A DNA stretch of 64,000 nucleotides from an uncultured Lachnospiraceae bacterium (GTDB lineage Bacteria > Bacillota > Clostridia > Lachnospirales > Anaerotignaceae). Positions 63,451-64,000 of the stretch are shown one piece after another. The notes beneath the pieces are model-generated. The model had not been told where the DNA came from. It saw only the letters and a list, made by a program, of their open reading frames with translations, and ran no database searches. The position numbers were made by a program, and so were the translations under genes. The stretch is taken from assembly GCA_944381395.1 (NCBI GenBank), contig CALWKY010000041.1:79942-143941 (forward strand), in the 5' to 3' direction. Within the stretch, counting starts at the first letter, position 1; every line of letters starts with the position of its first letter.

Positions 63451-64000
63451 TGCTGCTCCTCCTTTCTGATATCACTGACAATCTGTCCGTCTGCTACACG
63501 GATAATGCGATTGGTATATGCCGCAATATCTTCTTCATGGGTAACCACAACCACCGTTTTTCCTTCCCGGTTCAGCTGGGTAAAGAACTCCATTATTTCA
63601 TGGCTGCTAGCTGTATCCAGATTACCCGTCGGTTCGTCTGCCAAAAGGATAGATGGGTCATTGGCCAAAGCTCTGGCAATAGCCACACGCTGTTTCTGAC
63701 CGCCGGAAAGCTCATTGGGCATATGGTGGATACGTTCTCCCAGCCCTACTTTCTGCAGCAGCGCTTCTGCCTTTTTATGGCGTGCCTTTGCATTCATGCG
63801 GGCATAAATCATAGGGATTTCCACATTCTTCAGCGCAGAGGTACGGGGAATTAACTGGAATGCCTGAAATACAAACCCTATCTTTGCATTGCGCACATGG
63901 GAAAGTTCGTTTTCTGACTGTTCCTGTACCGCAATTCCATCCAGTAAATAGGTGCCGGTAAAATGGCGGTCCATACATCCCAAAATATTCATCAAAGTAC
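63447..64000 (-). CDS. ABC transporter ATP-binding protein (MacB-type), 5' end beyond the window
   Basis: Q-loop FVFQ, signature LSGGQKQRVAIARA, Walker B LLADEPTGNLD. Walker A is not in the window. ATGA overlap with the permease gene. Confidence 0.85.
   Translation of the reverse strand, partial: TLMNILGCMDRHFTGTYLLDGIAVQEQSENELSHVRNAKIGFVFQAFQLIPRTSALKNVEIPMIYARMNAKARHKKAEALLQKVGLGERIHHMPNELSGGQKQRVAIARALANDPSILLADEPTGNLDTASSHEIMEFFTQLNREGKTVVVVTHEEDIAAYTNRIIRVADGQIVSDIRKEEQQ

Overview
This is a 64-kb chromosomal core segment of a low-GC, spore-forming Firmicute (Clostridia-like, roughly 40% GC by eye). I called about 60 CDS and one tRNA.

Much of the gene order matches Bacillus subtilis, all on the minus strand: ylmE-sepF-ylmG-ylmH-divIVA, lspA-rluD-pyrB-pyrC, smc-ftsY, ylxM-ffh-rpsP-ylqC-rimM-trmD. 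Other housekeeping blocks:
- a complete Pho module, pstSCAB-phoU-phoPR, with Pho boxes
- sigG
- coaBC and glnS
- htpG with a perfect CIRCE operator
- yhbY, a nadD/yqeK fusion, and rsfS
- xth
- dnaE-pfkA-pyk
- a MacB-type ABC pair, cut by the right edge of the window

I found no CRISPR array, transposase, integrase or recognisable defence genes.

Observations most worth follow-up:
1. An isolated glycyl-radical enzyme, activase and XRE-cupin regulator locus. The enzyme's catalytic Cys loop reads GCVVP, so it lacks the Glu used by the characterised GRE eliminases.
2. A family of about 150-nt two-hairpin elements, four copies, each placed directly 3' of a gene on the same strand.
3. An in-frame TAG that splits ylmH. 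None of the roughly 61 gene-terminal stops in the window is TAG.
4. A yybP-ykoY (Mn2+)-like leader with a terminator in front of a CaCA antiporter gene.
5. An 840-bp very AT-rich, gene-free island.
6. A forespore-type promoter driving a 56-aa ORF divergent from sigG.

All functional calls come from my recognition of motifs in the supplied translations. No database search was run.
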